Of a DNA stretch of 64,000 nt, positions 34,439 through 45,281 are shown piece by piece. The position numbers and the translations under genes are program-made. Source of the DNA: an uncultured Methanosarcinaceae archaeon (GTDB lineage: Archaea > Halobacteriota > Methanosarcinia > Methanosarcinales > Methanosarcinaceae). The stretch covers positions 352,001-416,000 of the forward strand of contig CAVTET010000003.1 of NCBI GenBank assembly GCA_963733675.1, read 5' to 3'. Under the pieces are notes generated by a model. The model did not search any database. It was not told where the DNA came from and worked only from the letters and a program-made list of their open reading frames with translations. How positions within the stretch are numbered: the stretch's first letter is position 1; every line of letters begins with the position of its first letter.

Positions 34439-34551
34439 AAAGGGAGGGTTTAGAGTTGGATTGGGTGTATAGAGCAGATTTGACAGAAAATTATACACTC
34501 TACCTTTAAGATTGATCTTCATTGCTTTTTTAGGAAAAATCTCAATGTTAA

Positions 34552-34640
34552 AAGGATTTCGATAAGCCACAATTTTTGGTTGTTTGTTTCTAATCCATAC
34601 ATAAGCAATTTGTGGAAATTTGAGGTTTATCGAGGTTCTT
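34552..34640. mobile_element. 89-bp MITE, copy B
   Basis: aaggatttcgataagcc ... ggtttatcgaggttctt; interior similar to copy A. Confidence 0.75.
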
Positions 34641-34957
34641 TTAAGTTTGTGAAGATCTCCAAAAATAATAAAAATATAATTAATATAAGCTCATGTTTTG
34701 GTTTTACAGCATTTCATGGGGAAGTCAATTCATTCTGAAATTCTTATTAAAACATGAGTAATATTAAAATGTTGTTCTATTTTGAAATATTTTATGTAGA
34801 AGTAAATTTTGTTCAGAAACTATTTTTTGTATAATTCATTTGAAATAAATAAGGGGATAATTGTACATTGTGACTTAAAGTGAACAAACAAAGCTTAAAG
34901 CGAACAGATAAAAAGTGAAATGTAACTGTAGGATGCATTAATATCAAAATAATAGTC

Positions 34958-35045
34958 GAGAGTTTCGATAAAACTCGATTTCAATAAATGCTTACATTCA
35001 CTTATATAAACAATTAACCAAAAATTTGGATTTATTGAAATCCCC
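34958..35045. mobile_element. 88-bp MITE, copy C (opposite orientation to A and B)
   Basis: gagagtttcgataaaac ... gatttattgaaatcccc. Confidence 0.75.
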
Positions 35046-35099
35046 TATTGGATATTAATTATTAATTTATATATTAAATTTTGAGAGACGAAGATTCAC

Positions 35100-35198
35100 A
35101 TGGCTAAAAATGAAATGTTATATGAAATCAAAAAAGTAGAAGAGGATGTGAAAAAAATGATTGGTGATAGGAGTTTGAGAGGAGGTTCTCATGATTAA
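35100..35198 (+). pseudogene. Possible 5' fragment of A1A0 ATP synthase subunit H
   Basis: MAKNEMLYEIKKVEEDVKKMI resembles the Methanosarcina AhaH N-terminus as recalled (MAK.EILSEIKKAEE.AK.M); it runs into the RBS and start of the next gene. Confidence 0.55.
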
Positions 35199-35833
35199 GG
35201 CAACTCCTGCACCCGGTAACACTCTGCTGTCACCCGACAATCATGTGCTAATGATGATTGACCATCAATCGCAAATGGCTTTTGCAGCGAAGTCTATTGA
35301 TCCGGTAATGCTTCGCAATAATACCGCCCTTGTGGCGCATGCCTCCGCTATATTTAAAATCCCCCCGTTCTCACGACTGTGGCAGAGAAATCGTTCTCTG
35401 ATCCCATGTTTGATGAGATTAAAGAGGTTTATCCTAATGTCGAGGTCATTGATCGCACGACGGTAAACGCATGGGAGGATAGCCGTATCACGGACCGCAT
35501 CAATAAATACGGGAAAGACAAAATCGTTATGGCTGGACTTTGGACCTCAGTTTGCGTTGCGGGTCCCGCACTTTCGGCAATTGATCAAGGTTTTGAAGTG
35601 TATGTAATAGCCGATGCCTGCGGCGATATCACGGACGAAACGCATGAGAGGGCTATGGAACGTATGATTCAACGCGGCATAAGGCCGATGACATCGATGC
35701 AATATTTGCTTGAGTTACAGCGGGATTGGGCGCGTGTTGGTACCTACGAAGCCGTTACTGGCCTCATAAATAAACGGGGGGTACCTATGGGATTGGCATT
35801 GCCTATTTAAAGGCTATTGGTGGCGGACACTAA
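35191..35833 (+). pseudogene. YcaC-like isochorismatase-family hydrolase, frameshifted
   Basis: MIDHQSQMAF, DRTTVNAWED, AGLWTSVCV, ADACGD, ELQRDWAR; shifts at a C-run near 35361 and a G-run near 35777. Confidence 0.9.
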
Positions 35834-35859
35834 TATTTGACAACGCTAACCTGAAGAGG

Positions 35860-36050
35860 GGTTAAGCACTTCGGGTTGATAGCTCTATCAGAACCGTTAA
35901 AGAAGTTGTTGCCATTGACGGCAAAACGATGCGCAAGGCACGACAGGACGGTAGACACGAGAAAGCTCTGCCCGTTCTTTCTGCCTATGCTATAAAGCAA
36001 GATTGTTTATAGGTCAGTGCTGTGTTGATGGAAAAAGCAATGAAATAGGG
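35860..36050 (+). mobile_element. ISAs1-family transposase fragment
   Basis: KEVVAIDGKTMR...LPVLSAY...IGQ..VDGKSNEI. Confidence 0.8.
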
Positions 36051-36327
36051 TAACCTGAACTGATTTTTGCGCCCCAAATTGCGTCCCAAATGTGTGAGAC
36101 TTCCTGATTTAATATGGGCCCATAAGAATCAGAAGATCGAGAAGCCCGTCGTAAAATAGGTGCTTCTGCTCATTCTAGAGCAAGATAAAAGACGAGGTAA
36201 TGGATACCCTACCATCGGACGAGAAGACTGCCAAGACACGTGTAAAACGGCGGAGATATTACTTGTTAAGATTGGTGGTTCTGCCATAAAAAACTTTGAA
36301 AATATTGGGACATAGTGAAGCTGAAAG

Positions 36328-36974
36328 ATGATGATCACGCCGGAAAATGCAGCGCTATTGCTGATAGATCACCAAGTAGGCCTCATGCAGTTGGTACGAG
36401 ATATGACTCCAGAGGAGTTTAAAAATAATGTAGTGGGTCTGGCCAAAACAGCAAAGATTTTTGATCTTCCAGTAATCCTAACTACCAGTGTAGACTGGGG
36501 ACCAAACGGCACTGTTCTTCCTAAATTGAAGACCCCCTGTTCCCAGATGTAGAAGTCATTCGTCGTCCAGGTGTTATCAATGCCTGGCGCTGGCCAACAT
36601 TTAGGAAAGCTATTGAGAGTATTGGACTAAGGAAGCTCATAATCGCCGGGATCAGTGATTCAACATGCTTGCAGTTTCCTTCATTAGATGCGGTTCTTGA
36701 GGGCTTTGACGTCCATGCTGTCATAGATGCGAGTGGAACAGTGAGTGTTCTTGAACGTGAGGCCACCATAGCAACTCTTGCTCCGGCGGGTGTGGAAGGT
36801 GCGTAACTGGTGGTCAATTGGTGCAGAACTTCAAGCTGATGGCGCATAGATGAAGCAAAAGGATGGCCTTATGCTTTGGTATTTAGAGTGCATCTGCCCA
36901 GTTAGGGTCACTTGCTGGATACAGCGACGGCCTATAGCAATGGACAGATGGTCCCTCCAGAGAAGAAAGTTTAA
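36328..36974 (+). pseudogene. Second YcaC-like isochorismatase-family hydrolase, frameshifted
   Basis: LLLIDHQVGL, LPVILTTS..GPNG; then IRRPGVINAW, IIAGISDSTCLQFP, VIDASGT, AELQADWR in other frames. Confidence 0.9.
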
Positions 36975-37071
36975 TTTATGGTTACACTCAATAAATACCC
37001 TTTATTATTCTATCCCTTTTTATTCCTTTATCGACGCTTTGAGTCTGAATGGATTAAAAATTTGGTAGAAA

Positions 37072-37542
37072 ATGCCTTTCACTGAAGCACAAGAGCTGTT
37101 TTCATTATTCTTTGCAATTTATTTCGCTCTGATAATAGACCGCTCTCATGAAACATATAAACCTTGGGACACTTATAATGCCTGGAAAGGAAAGTCTCAT
37201 AATATTAATCGTTTATTAATGGCATGGATTATTTTATTCATAGTACCACTATCCCAGTTTGCAATTTTATTTGCTCTTCTTGGATTAATTGATGTTCGAT
37301 TCGATATGACTATAAGAGGCAGTTTAAATGTTGCTTTAATCGGCTTGGGTTCATTTTTTGAATTTGGTTACTTCAGAGTATATGAAGCTTTTTTGCATAG
37401 ATATCCAGAATCTTTTTTCGTAGATGAAGAAAGGATACAAAAAGAGCGCTTCATTCGTCCTGTTTTTTGGGCTCACTTTATACCTGGAGCTTTATATGTC
37501 ATCCTATCCACTTTGCTGGTACTAATAGCAGTTTATCATTGA
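37072..37542 (+). CDS. Hypothetical 4-TM membrane protein
   Basis: Intact 156-aa ORF with four hydrophobic helices. Confidence 0.75.
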   Translation: MPFTEAQELFSLFFAIYFALIIDRSHETYKPWDTYNAWKGKSHNINRLLMAWIILFIVPLSQFAILFALLGLIDVRFDMTIRGSLNVALIGLGSFFEFGYFRVYEAFLHRYPESFFVDEERIQKERFIRPVFWAHFIPGALYVILSTLLVLIAVYH

Positions 37543-37837
37543 GACTAGCCCAAAATTCATTTTAGTGTTAATCATTTAGACTTTTCAGAGACGAGCCTTA
37601 GTTGGTAGGACAGACAGAGACGTCGGTGGACTCCTTGACAAGATTAAGGGATTAAAAATGGAAGAAGAAAAACGGATACAAAATATGAGAGAGATGGAGA
37701 TATGCTAAGAAGCAGTAGTGGAAAGAAGGCTCTTAAGTTCAGCATAGATAAATCAAAGTTTGATTACTGGTCACTCTTTGATAAGGAGTTTATCTTCTTG
37801 AAGGACGCATAATCTATGCACAAAGACAACTGATCCT

Positions 37838-38135
37838 TTTATTTCCCAATTTTCCCTTTTTTCCAAAATATTCCCGTTTTTTTCCCATTAAAACGTAATC
37901 ATTTGACAGTTTGTTCCCAAAACCCGAAAATGCAAGAAGAAAATAGAAAAATATATTTTTCGGACATTCTAAACTTTAGGTTAGTACTTTAGAATATCAT
38001 ATATCATTTTTTTATTTTGGGAACATAATTCCCTTTTTTTGTGATTTTAATTCCACTGTTATTGTTTTTATATTATTTTTAATGGGAATATAATAGGAAT
38101 ATAGCGGGAATAATTGGAACTATTGGGAATATAAA
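37838..38135. repeat. Nested imperfect palindrome with two arms of five ~10-bp-phased TTCC(C)/(G)GGAA sites
   Basis: C-runs at 37845, 37854, 37863, 37873, 37884; G-runs at 38084, 38096, 38106, 38116, 38125; exact inverted pairs ttcccattaaaa/ttttaatgggaa and tgttcccaaaa/ttttgggaaca. Confidence 0.8.
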
Positions 38136-38453
38136 TACGGGAGACTCACTTTTAATAAGAAGTATATAGGAACGAACATTATAAAGCCTAGAATATCACA
38201 GTTTCGATTTATGATTTATCCAATGTAAGATACTCCGACCCTACTTAAGAAAATGCCTTTTCTAGTTATTTCTTAAATTTTTTAGCTAATATTTAAAAGC
38301 AATATAGTTATGTAAAACTGCGGTAGACTAGAGTTTTTTCCAGCTAGCTTCTAACTATAAAATTGTCCATATCCTGCAGACTTTAAAGAACTAGTAGTTA
38401 CACAGTTGCTATATAATATCGAATACAGAAAACCTGATCAGGATTAGTGAGAT

Positions 38454-38993
38454 TTAGACCATTGTGTATGTACCGTTGCTGTTTTTAAATTTAACAACAT
38501 AAGACGGAGCAGAATTTTTCATTTGATTGTCGATCATAACAGAATCTTTGACTGAGTTTAATGATGGCACAAAACCGTTTCTGATATTGGAAATCGGAAC
38601 AGAATTATTGGAAATCGGAACAGAATTTTTACCCAAATAAGATGAAGGAACTAAACTGCCCATTAGATAAGAAATTGGAATAGGACCGTTACTTGACCCT
38701 GATGACGGAATATGAAGTTCTATGATATGCAATTTCGAAATAGAAACTTTTGCTGAAACTGTTATCAGGTCAATAATTTTGATATAACCACTAATTGGAC
38801 TTGACGAATCAACAAAATATTTGCTTTCATTTGATTGCAGAACAGAATATTTGCCTGTGTATGATGAGGGAGCAGAATTGTTTGTGAGATTAGAGCTTCC
38901 ACTTACCAATTCAAATGTCAATGATACTACAACAAAGACTAGTATTGAGACTGTTAAGATTTTATTTATTTCACCAAGTATTTCTTTTACCAT
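38454..38993 (-). CDS. Secreted Ser/Asn-rich protein with degenerate decapeptide repeats
   Basis: Signal peptide; SSNLTNNSAP, ISYLMGSLVP, SSYLGKNSVP, ISNIRNGFVP, IDNQMKNSAP; 21-bp tandem duplication at 38585-38626; aggag RBS. Confidence 0.75.
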   Translation of the reverse strand: MVKEILGEINKILTVSILVFVVVSLTFELVSGSSNLTNNSAPSSYTGKYSVLQSNESKYFVDSSSPISGYIKIIDLITVSAKVSISKLHIIELHIPSSGSSNGPIPISYLMGSLVPSSYLGKNSVPISNNSVPISNIRNGFVPSLNSVKDSVMIDNQMKNSAPSYVVKFKNSNGTYTMV

Positions 38994-40261
38994 CCATTTA
39001 CTCCTAAATATTTGCTTATCTAAGCATATGCCTGATAGTCTCTATTTTGAAAAGGACTCATAGGTGAAAAATAAATCATATTTTTTAACTAAAAATTAAT
39101 ACAAGTTTTATTTGATATTATATATTTGTGGATTATATAGTAGCAATATAATATCATCAAACATAACTTTTAAGTGTATAATCTATGTATTAACAGTCAT
39201 ACTATATAATTAAAAGCGAACGTTAGATTAGAAATATAGCTATGCGATTTATAATATTTAACTGAACAAAAAAATCTTCAAATTTGGTCTTATTAAATAA
39301 AAAATTTATGGGAAAATTGTTTGGCTAATTTAGCTTCTCAATTACATGAATACCTGCTCTGAAAACTATAATAGTTATTTTAAATAATGCGATATTTTGT
39401 GCGTAAATATATGTTTTTTAACTATTCAACCTGGAGAAAAAAATGTCAACAACCATCTTTACTGAGATTAATTGATCCAATTTCGGTGGGCGGATTTTTA
39501 TATTATCATTGCTTTGAACTTGTTTAATTTCTCAGTGCCTATTTTAAGTCCATTTCACCAAGAGAAACAAAGCAAATATTCCTACTAAGATACCCAAAAA
39601 TGCAACATCAATAATGACCTTAACTATAAAATATACTGATTGCTTCATCTTAATTTTGTCATTAAGCATGTAAATAACAACCACTTTCTGGTCAAAAGTC
39701 ATCAATTACTTAGTTTTTTTATTAATTTAAATGATCAGGTTGATCTTAGATGTCAAAAAGGTGATTTTGTAGCCGCAGGGGAAGAGAACCCTGCAGCTTG
39801 CCGGAAGTCTGATGCAAGGTACTGGAATACCTATAGGATATAACAAGATGTGATTTAAGATATACTTTCTGCATATGTACTATATAGTATAGTTTGAAAT
39901 AAATAGTGTATGATAGAAGTGCAATCCTAGCTAAAAATCAAAAGAATTATCTCCTTTATCTTTAGTTATATATGCTTAAAATAATAAAAAGGTATAGAAA
40001 ATATCTTGAAGTCACTTACCATGCTGCTGAATTTTAATCATGGGGAATTAAATTGGTCGGAAAATGACTTAATCTGGGGTTACTAGTGAGACTTTTATTA
40101 GAAGTCCGCATTATCATTACCTTTGTAAAAAAAATGGCTCATTGCATCTGAAAATGGCTTATTTTTTGATTTTACATGTATAACTCCCGCCTGTATGTAT
40201 AAGATAACGAAGGAAAGACTAAAAATGAGAGTGAATAAAGCTCTAAATGAGCTCAATAATT

Positions 40262-40303
40262 AAAAAGGGGGTTATTCTAACCCCTGTATTTTTATCTTTT
40301 TTG
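40262..40303. terminator. Hairpin flanked by A/T tracts, downstream of the DUF1254/DUF1214 gene
   Basis: aaaagggggtta-ttc-taacccctgtattttt. Confidence 0.45.
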
Positions 40304-40304
40304 T

Positions 40305-41741
40305 CTATACCGCTTTCTGCACTTGTGGGATCTGGTAAGTCCCATTTAATATCTTGGGACTTGGTAGATACATTCTCAATATCAGTGAGAAATCTCCTTT
40401 AGGTGCAGTCAGCCAATTTGATTCCTTCCCAACTGGTTCTTCGTGTTGAATGTAGATATTCAGGGAACCATCTGGATTATACATAAGTCCGATTGTCTGA
40501 TCGCCTAGTGAGTAGTGATTGATAGGATTCGGTACGAACAAGAAAGTGGTCGCATTGTACATGCTTAATGACCAGAAGGCATCTACAGGCGGCATATTGT
40601 CTTTGTCGAAATGCACTATGTACTTGTTGGCACCTTTCAAGGGTTGTCCATCTATGCCAGTGTTTGTCTTTGCGTAGATCGCTTCTTCAGGGACATTAGC
40701 TCCTAATCCGCCTTCAGTAATGGCTGCACGTATCAGATAATTATAGCCATAGGTTCCAATATTGGTATTATACGTCCAACCATTGATGTAGAACCCTTTA
40801 GAGTTCTTTAAAGTGCTTTTCACGATTTGCTCCCCGTCCTTGATTGCCCGAGCAAGCCCATCAGCAATAGCTGAATCTAGGTTTGTTCCATAGGGTGTCT
40901 CATTCTTATCCAAGCTGATTCGATCGAAGACTGCCATGAGAGCTGCTTCTCCCGCTAGTTGCGGATTATTCTTCAGGGCAACCCGCAGTTAAACAGTATG
41001 TTATCTTGTGCATTAGGTGAAACTACAGCTTCCTTAAAGTCAGCAAGTGTCTCATTTTTAGCTGAGACCGTTGGCTTCCCGTACTGGCTCAGTGGTGTTA
41101 GAGTGAACTGTTTTTGTAGTGTTAGCACGTTGTACAGGTCAGACTCACCCTTAACCAGTATTCTACCAAGGATCCAGACAGTATTAGTCGGCGATTTAAT
41201 CACCTGGAATCTTGTGGGCAGGCTGCCGTTCCAGCCAGGTCCAACAATGGCAAAATTGCCTTCTCCTGTGCCAGTGGTTCGTTTACCCACGCTGTTAAAG
41301 GTGTTCGTATATGCGTCAAGCATCTGCTGGACATAGTAACGTCCATTGGTGTCCGGTACATGCAGTACTATCGGTTCCGTTCCCAATTCGAGAAATGCAG
41401 TATTGTAAAGCGTATCTGCGTTAGGTGTAACGACATCTGTGAAGCTGGCATTGACAAGGTGTGTAGAGTAAGTAGCCCATCTGATTTACCGGGGCGTGTC
41501 CCATTCCAGGCGTTGTGACAAAGAGATTTTCAGTCCGCTGCATCATTACTGGAGCAAGACCATAGATGTAAGCTTGGACGGCTATAGTATACGAATCGTT
41601 CTCAACCGCTTAGTAATCCCCATCAGTTGTACTGATTGCAGTTGTAAACGGTACTAGCAATAATAAAATAATCAATGAGCATACAAAAATGTTTATTGCC
41701 ACTTTTAACTTACCAAGACTAATTTTTAGTATTTCTGACAT
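40305..41741 (-). pseudogene. DUF1254/DUF1214 secreted protein, disrupted
   Basis: Signal peptide from ATG 41741; QAYIYGLAPV, VVTPNADTLY, EPIVLHVPD..RYY..QMLDAYTN, WILGRI, YG.NYL.RA..GLGAN.PEEAIY, PPVDAFWSLSMY, ESNWL.AP...LRMY.P; in-frame TAA near 41610 and frameshifts near 41480 and 40980. Confidence 0.92.
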
Positions 41742-42111
41742 ATCTATTACCTTCCAATCGTTAATGTACCAAAAGAGATTATGTGAATTTCTTGGCGATA
41801 GCTATCTGAAGCCCATAGCCTGTATGCTTAAATGCACCGGAAAAGCTCTAAACTATATATGAACATAATATATTATTATCTTAATTTAATAATAATAAAG
41901 ATAGTTTCTAAATAAAGTATTATTCATCGTTACCAACTTTATTTAGTCTGTTAGCTTACTCCAATGTACCTAAAAGACTCAAGAAAATACTCGAAATCTC
42001 CCTATAATCGTTCATTTTTGATATAATAGCCAAAAGGTCGGCTACTTCATGTATCAAATAACTAAGTAAATATTTAAAATAAGACTTACGTATATTATTA
42101 ACGAGAAGTCA

Positions 42112-42967
42112 GGTTCCGTTGCAAAAAATCCCTTCTAATGATACAATAGAATAAAAAGAAAATCAAAGATAGTAACATGCTATCTAATTCCTTTAAATGG
42201 AAGCATTTTGGAGGGAAAATTATCTTATTGAATGTAAGATGGTACTTAAAATACCCATTGAGCTATAGAAATTTAAAGGGAATAATGATAGAAAGAGGAA
42301 TTCAAGTTGATCACAGTACTATAATGAGATGGGTACATCAATATTCCCCTGAAATAGAAAAGAAGATAAGAAGACATTTAAGACTGATAAATTATTCGTG
42401 GAAAGTTGATGAAACCTATATCAAAATAAAAGGTAAATGGAAATATCTTTACCGAGTAGTTGACTCAAATGGAGATACAATTGATTTCATGTTAAGTTCA
42501 AAACGAAATAGGATAGCAGCGAAGAGATTTTTTAAGAAAGTATTGAGTTCTAATCATAACCAAATTTCAAGAGTAATAACAGTTGATAAAAATGCAGCAT
42601 ATCCGATAGCTATGAATGAACTGAAAAATGAGAAGAACTTGTCTAAAAACGTTGAAATTAGGCAAGTGAGGTACTTGAATAACATTATAGAACAAGATCA
42701 GAGATCTATAAAGCGGATAATTGCTCCAATGCTAGGTTTTCAGTCTTTTCGATCTGCTGATAAGACCTTAAAAGGAATTGAAGCTATGAATATGATCAAA
42801 AAGGGACAAGTAAATGATCTAAATTACTCTGTTCTTAATGAAGTCAAATATATTAATCAATTATTTGGTATAGTTTTATAATGTTGGTACATTTTCCTCG
42901 AATATTTTGATTTTTATTCATTACTTATAGATTTACATGGTTATTTTGAAATTTTTGCAACGGAACC
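42112..42967 (+). mobile_element. IS6-family element, copy 2, with uninterrupted 234-aa transposase (42177-42881)
   Basis: Same TIRs as copy 1; full ORF with DDE motifs. Confidence 0.97.
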
Positions 42968-43583
42968 CAAAAAACTCATCGTTTTTAGGATATTTGAGTT
43001 CAGACTCATTAGAATTTTTGTGTCACTCGAGAACTCTTTTCTACTCAAGTAATATATAATGCTAAGGATATAAATAAGATTGATAAAATTCGTTTTAAAA
43101 TATATCAATAATATCCATTTGAAATTAATTAGGTAATCTATTATGTTAATGTGACTACTACATTCTCAAATCATCTTGATTCCTATTTATGGATTTAAAC
43201 CTTCTTGTCCTGATTCAAAATCTAATATTTAAAATTTATTTATAATATTTGTCATAAAGTTTAGAATTTAATGAACAGTAGATCTTTTGCAACGAAATAT
43301 GTGCCTAATATCACTAAATCGTCATGAAGTTTTGGTTTTGACAACCGAAAGTGCAACAATCGAATGGATATACTAATAGTTACAAAAAATCGGAATTAAG
43401 CTGTTTGAATTAAGTTTTTTGTGAACTAGGGGGACCAAATTATAACTGAATAGGAAGAGCCTATCGGAACTACCGCAAATAGGAAGCACTGTTAGAATGG
43501 AAAAGTTTAAAGATTATTAAAAAGTTATGTGTATTAAGATTTTTTTTATGAATTATAAACAAGACAGAATAAGGAAAAAAGAA

Positions 43584-45281
43584 ATGAGATACACAAAATT
43601 TTGTTCTTCAATAGCCTTTGTTTTTGTTTTTATTTTATTATCACCTACGGCATTGGCAAGTAGTACGGACTCTGAATTTCCTCAAATAATTGTTCAAAAA
43701 CAATCTGAATTTCTAACTGCTGATCTCAGCGCCAATGTTACTAATGGAAATCATACCTTAAAAGATATGGAATCAAAAGATCTAGAGACAAATGTAAATA
43801 AAGTCCCAAATAAAGATAAAGTTATTCCTGTAGCAAACTTTTCATCCAATGCTAGTAGTGGCTATGCTCCTCGTTCGGTCCTGTCTAAAGACCTTTTACA
43901 GAATGCGACATTAAGGAGCTGGGACTTCAAGAATGACGAAACTGCTGATTCAAGTGATAAGATACCAGTTTACGTGTACAAAACCGCAGAAAACGATATC
44001 TTTAACACTACAAAGAAAAATGGAAACAGTACAAATTCAAAACTCTCTGCAATGACAGTTTTTAATCCTACTGATCCAGTATTTCCTATAGCAAACTTTC
44101 ACGCAAATGTCACTAGCGGCAATGCTCCTCTTTCTGTGCAGTTTACCGATCTCTCACAAAATGTAACCGGAAGAAACTGGAACTTTGGTGACGGAAATGA
44201 TTCTATTGAACAGAATCCAAAGCATATCTATTCTGCAAAAGGTAATTATACCGTTAATCTGACAGTAAATGATAATAATGGCACAAATTCAAAAATTCTA
44301 GAAATAATCGTTCACGAAGGATCCAATAACGATAAAATTCTTCCTGTTGCAAACATTGCCTCAAATGTTACTAGCGGATATGCTCCTCTTTCCGTCCTAT
44401 TTACAGACCGTTCGCAAAATGCAATCGTTTGGAACTGGAATTTTGGAGATGGAGGTACTTCAACTGAGCAAAATCCAATGCATACTTACTCTACAGAAGG
44501 GACCTATACTGTCAACCTTGAAGTAAGCAATTCAAATGGAACTGCCTCAAAAACTGTTACCATAACTGTGCAGAATCATGTCAGCACTGAGAGTAGTAGT
44601 GATGGAAGTATCGTTAGTAGAAGCAGCCACAGTAGCGTTGAAACTGGTCATGGTGGAGATAATGGAGCCGGTGACTCTTCTGAGCCTAAAAGTAATGTTT
44701 TGACTAGAGAAATTTCAGAGGCTTTCATTACAAATGGAAAAACTGCGAAGTTTGATTTTATTAAGAACACTACTTCTGTCATATATGTGAAATTTGATTC
44801 AAAGAAGACCACTGGCAAAACAACAAACACCATCGAGATATTGAAAGAGAAATCTACACTTGTTTCAGGGCTGCCGTCTGGAGAAATCTATAAATATCTT
44901 AATATATGGGTTGGAGACAAAGGATTTGAAATTCCAAATAATATCGAAAATCCGGCCGTATGCTTCAAGGTAGAAAAATCGTGGATACAGGATAAAAATA
45001 TAAATCAGTCTTCTATATTTCTGAACAGATACAGCGAGAATAAATGGAATCAGCTTCCAACCAGTCTATCAGGAAAGGATGACAAGTACCTCTATTTCAT
45101 AGCCAAAACCCCAGGGTTTTCTCCATTTGCGATAACTGGTATGACGAAAGCAGAAGAACCTATGACTGGAAAACAGAAATCTGAGCAGAAAGGAAGCAAT
45201 AACATATCAGTTATTGGAATGATTTGTTTGATAGCTTGTCTACTTGCTATATTCCTTTATAAAATAGATCAAAAGGAGTGA
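43584..45281 (+). CDS. Cell-surface protein with PKD domains, PGF-pre-PGF domain and C-terminal TM anchor
   Basis: Signal peptide MRYTKFC..TALA; G.APLSV.FTD.S...WNFGDG..S.EQNP.H.Y...G.YTV.L PKD repeats; YKYLNIWVG..FKVEKSWI..YF.AKTPGFSPFAITG. Confidence 0.92.
   Translation: MRYTKFCSSIAFVFVFILLSPTALASSTDSEFPQIIVQKQSEFLTADLSANVTNGNHTLKDMESKDLETNVNKVPNKDKVIPVANFSSNASSGYAPRSVLSKDLLQNATLRSWDFKNDETADSSDKIPVYVYKTAENDIFNTTKKNGNSTNSKLSAMTVFNPTDPVFPIANFHANVTSGNAPLSVQFTDLSQNVTGRNWNFGDGNDSIEQNPKHIYSAKGNYTVNLTVNDNNGTNSKILEIIVHEGSNNDKILPVANIASNVTSGYAPLSVLFTDRSQNAIVWNWNFGDGGTSTEQNPMHTYSTEGTYTVNLEVSNSNGTASKTVTITVQNHVSTESSSDGSIVSRSSHSSVETGHGGDNGAGDSSEPKSNVLTREISEAFITNGKTAKFDFIKNTTSVIYVKFDSKKTTGKTTNTIEILKEKSTLVSGLPSGEIYKYLNIWVGDKGFEIPNNIENPAVCFKVEKSWIQDKNINQSSIFLNRYSENKWNQLPTSLSGKDDKYLYFIAKTPGFSPFAITGMTKAEEPMTGKQKSEQKGSNNISVIGMICLIACLLAIFLYKIDQKE

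Noticed and set aside
35355-35370. Programmed frameshift or phase variation at the C-run in ycaC
   Set aside because: The gene has a second lesion and neighbouring genes are also decayed, so ordinary pseudogenisation is simpler
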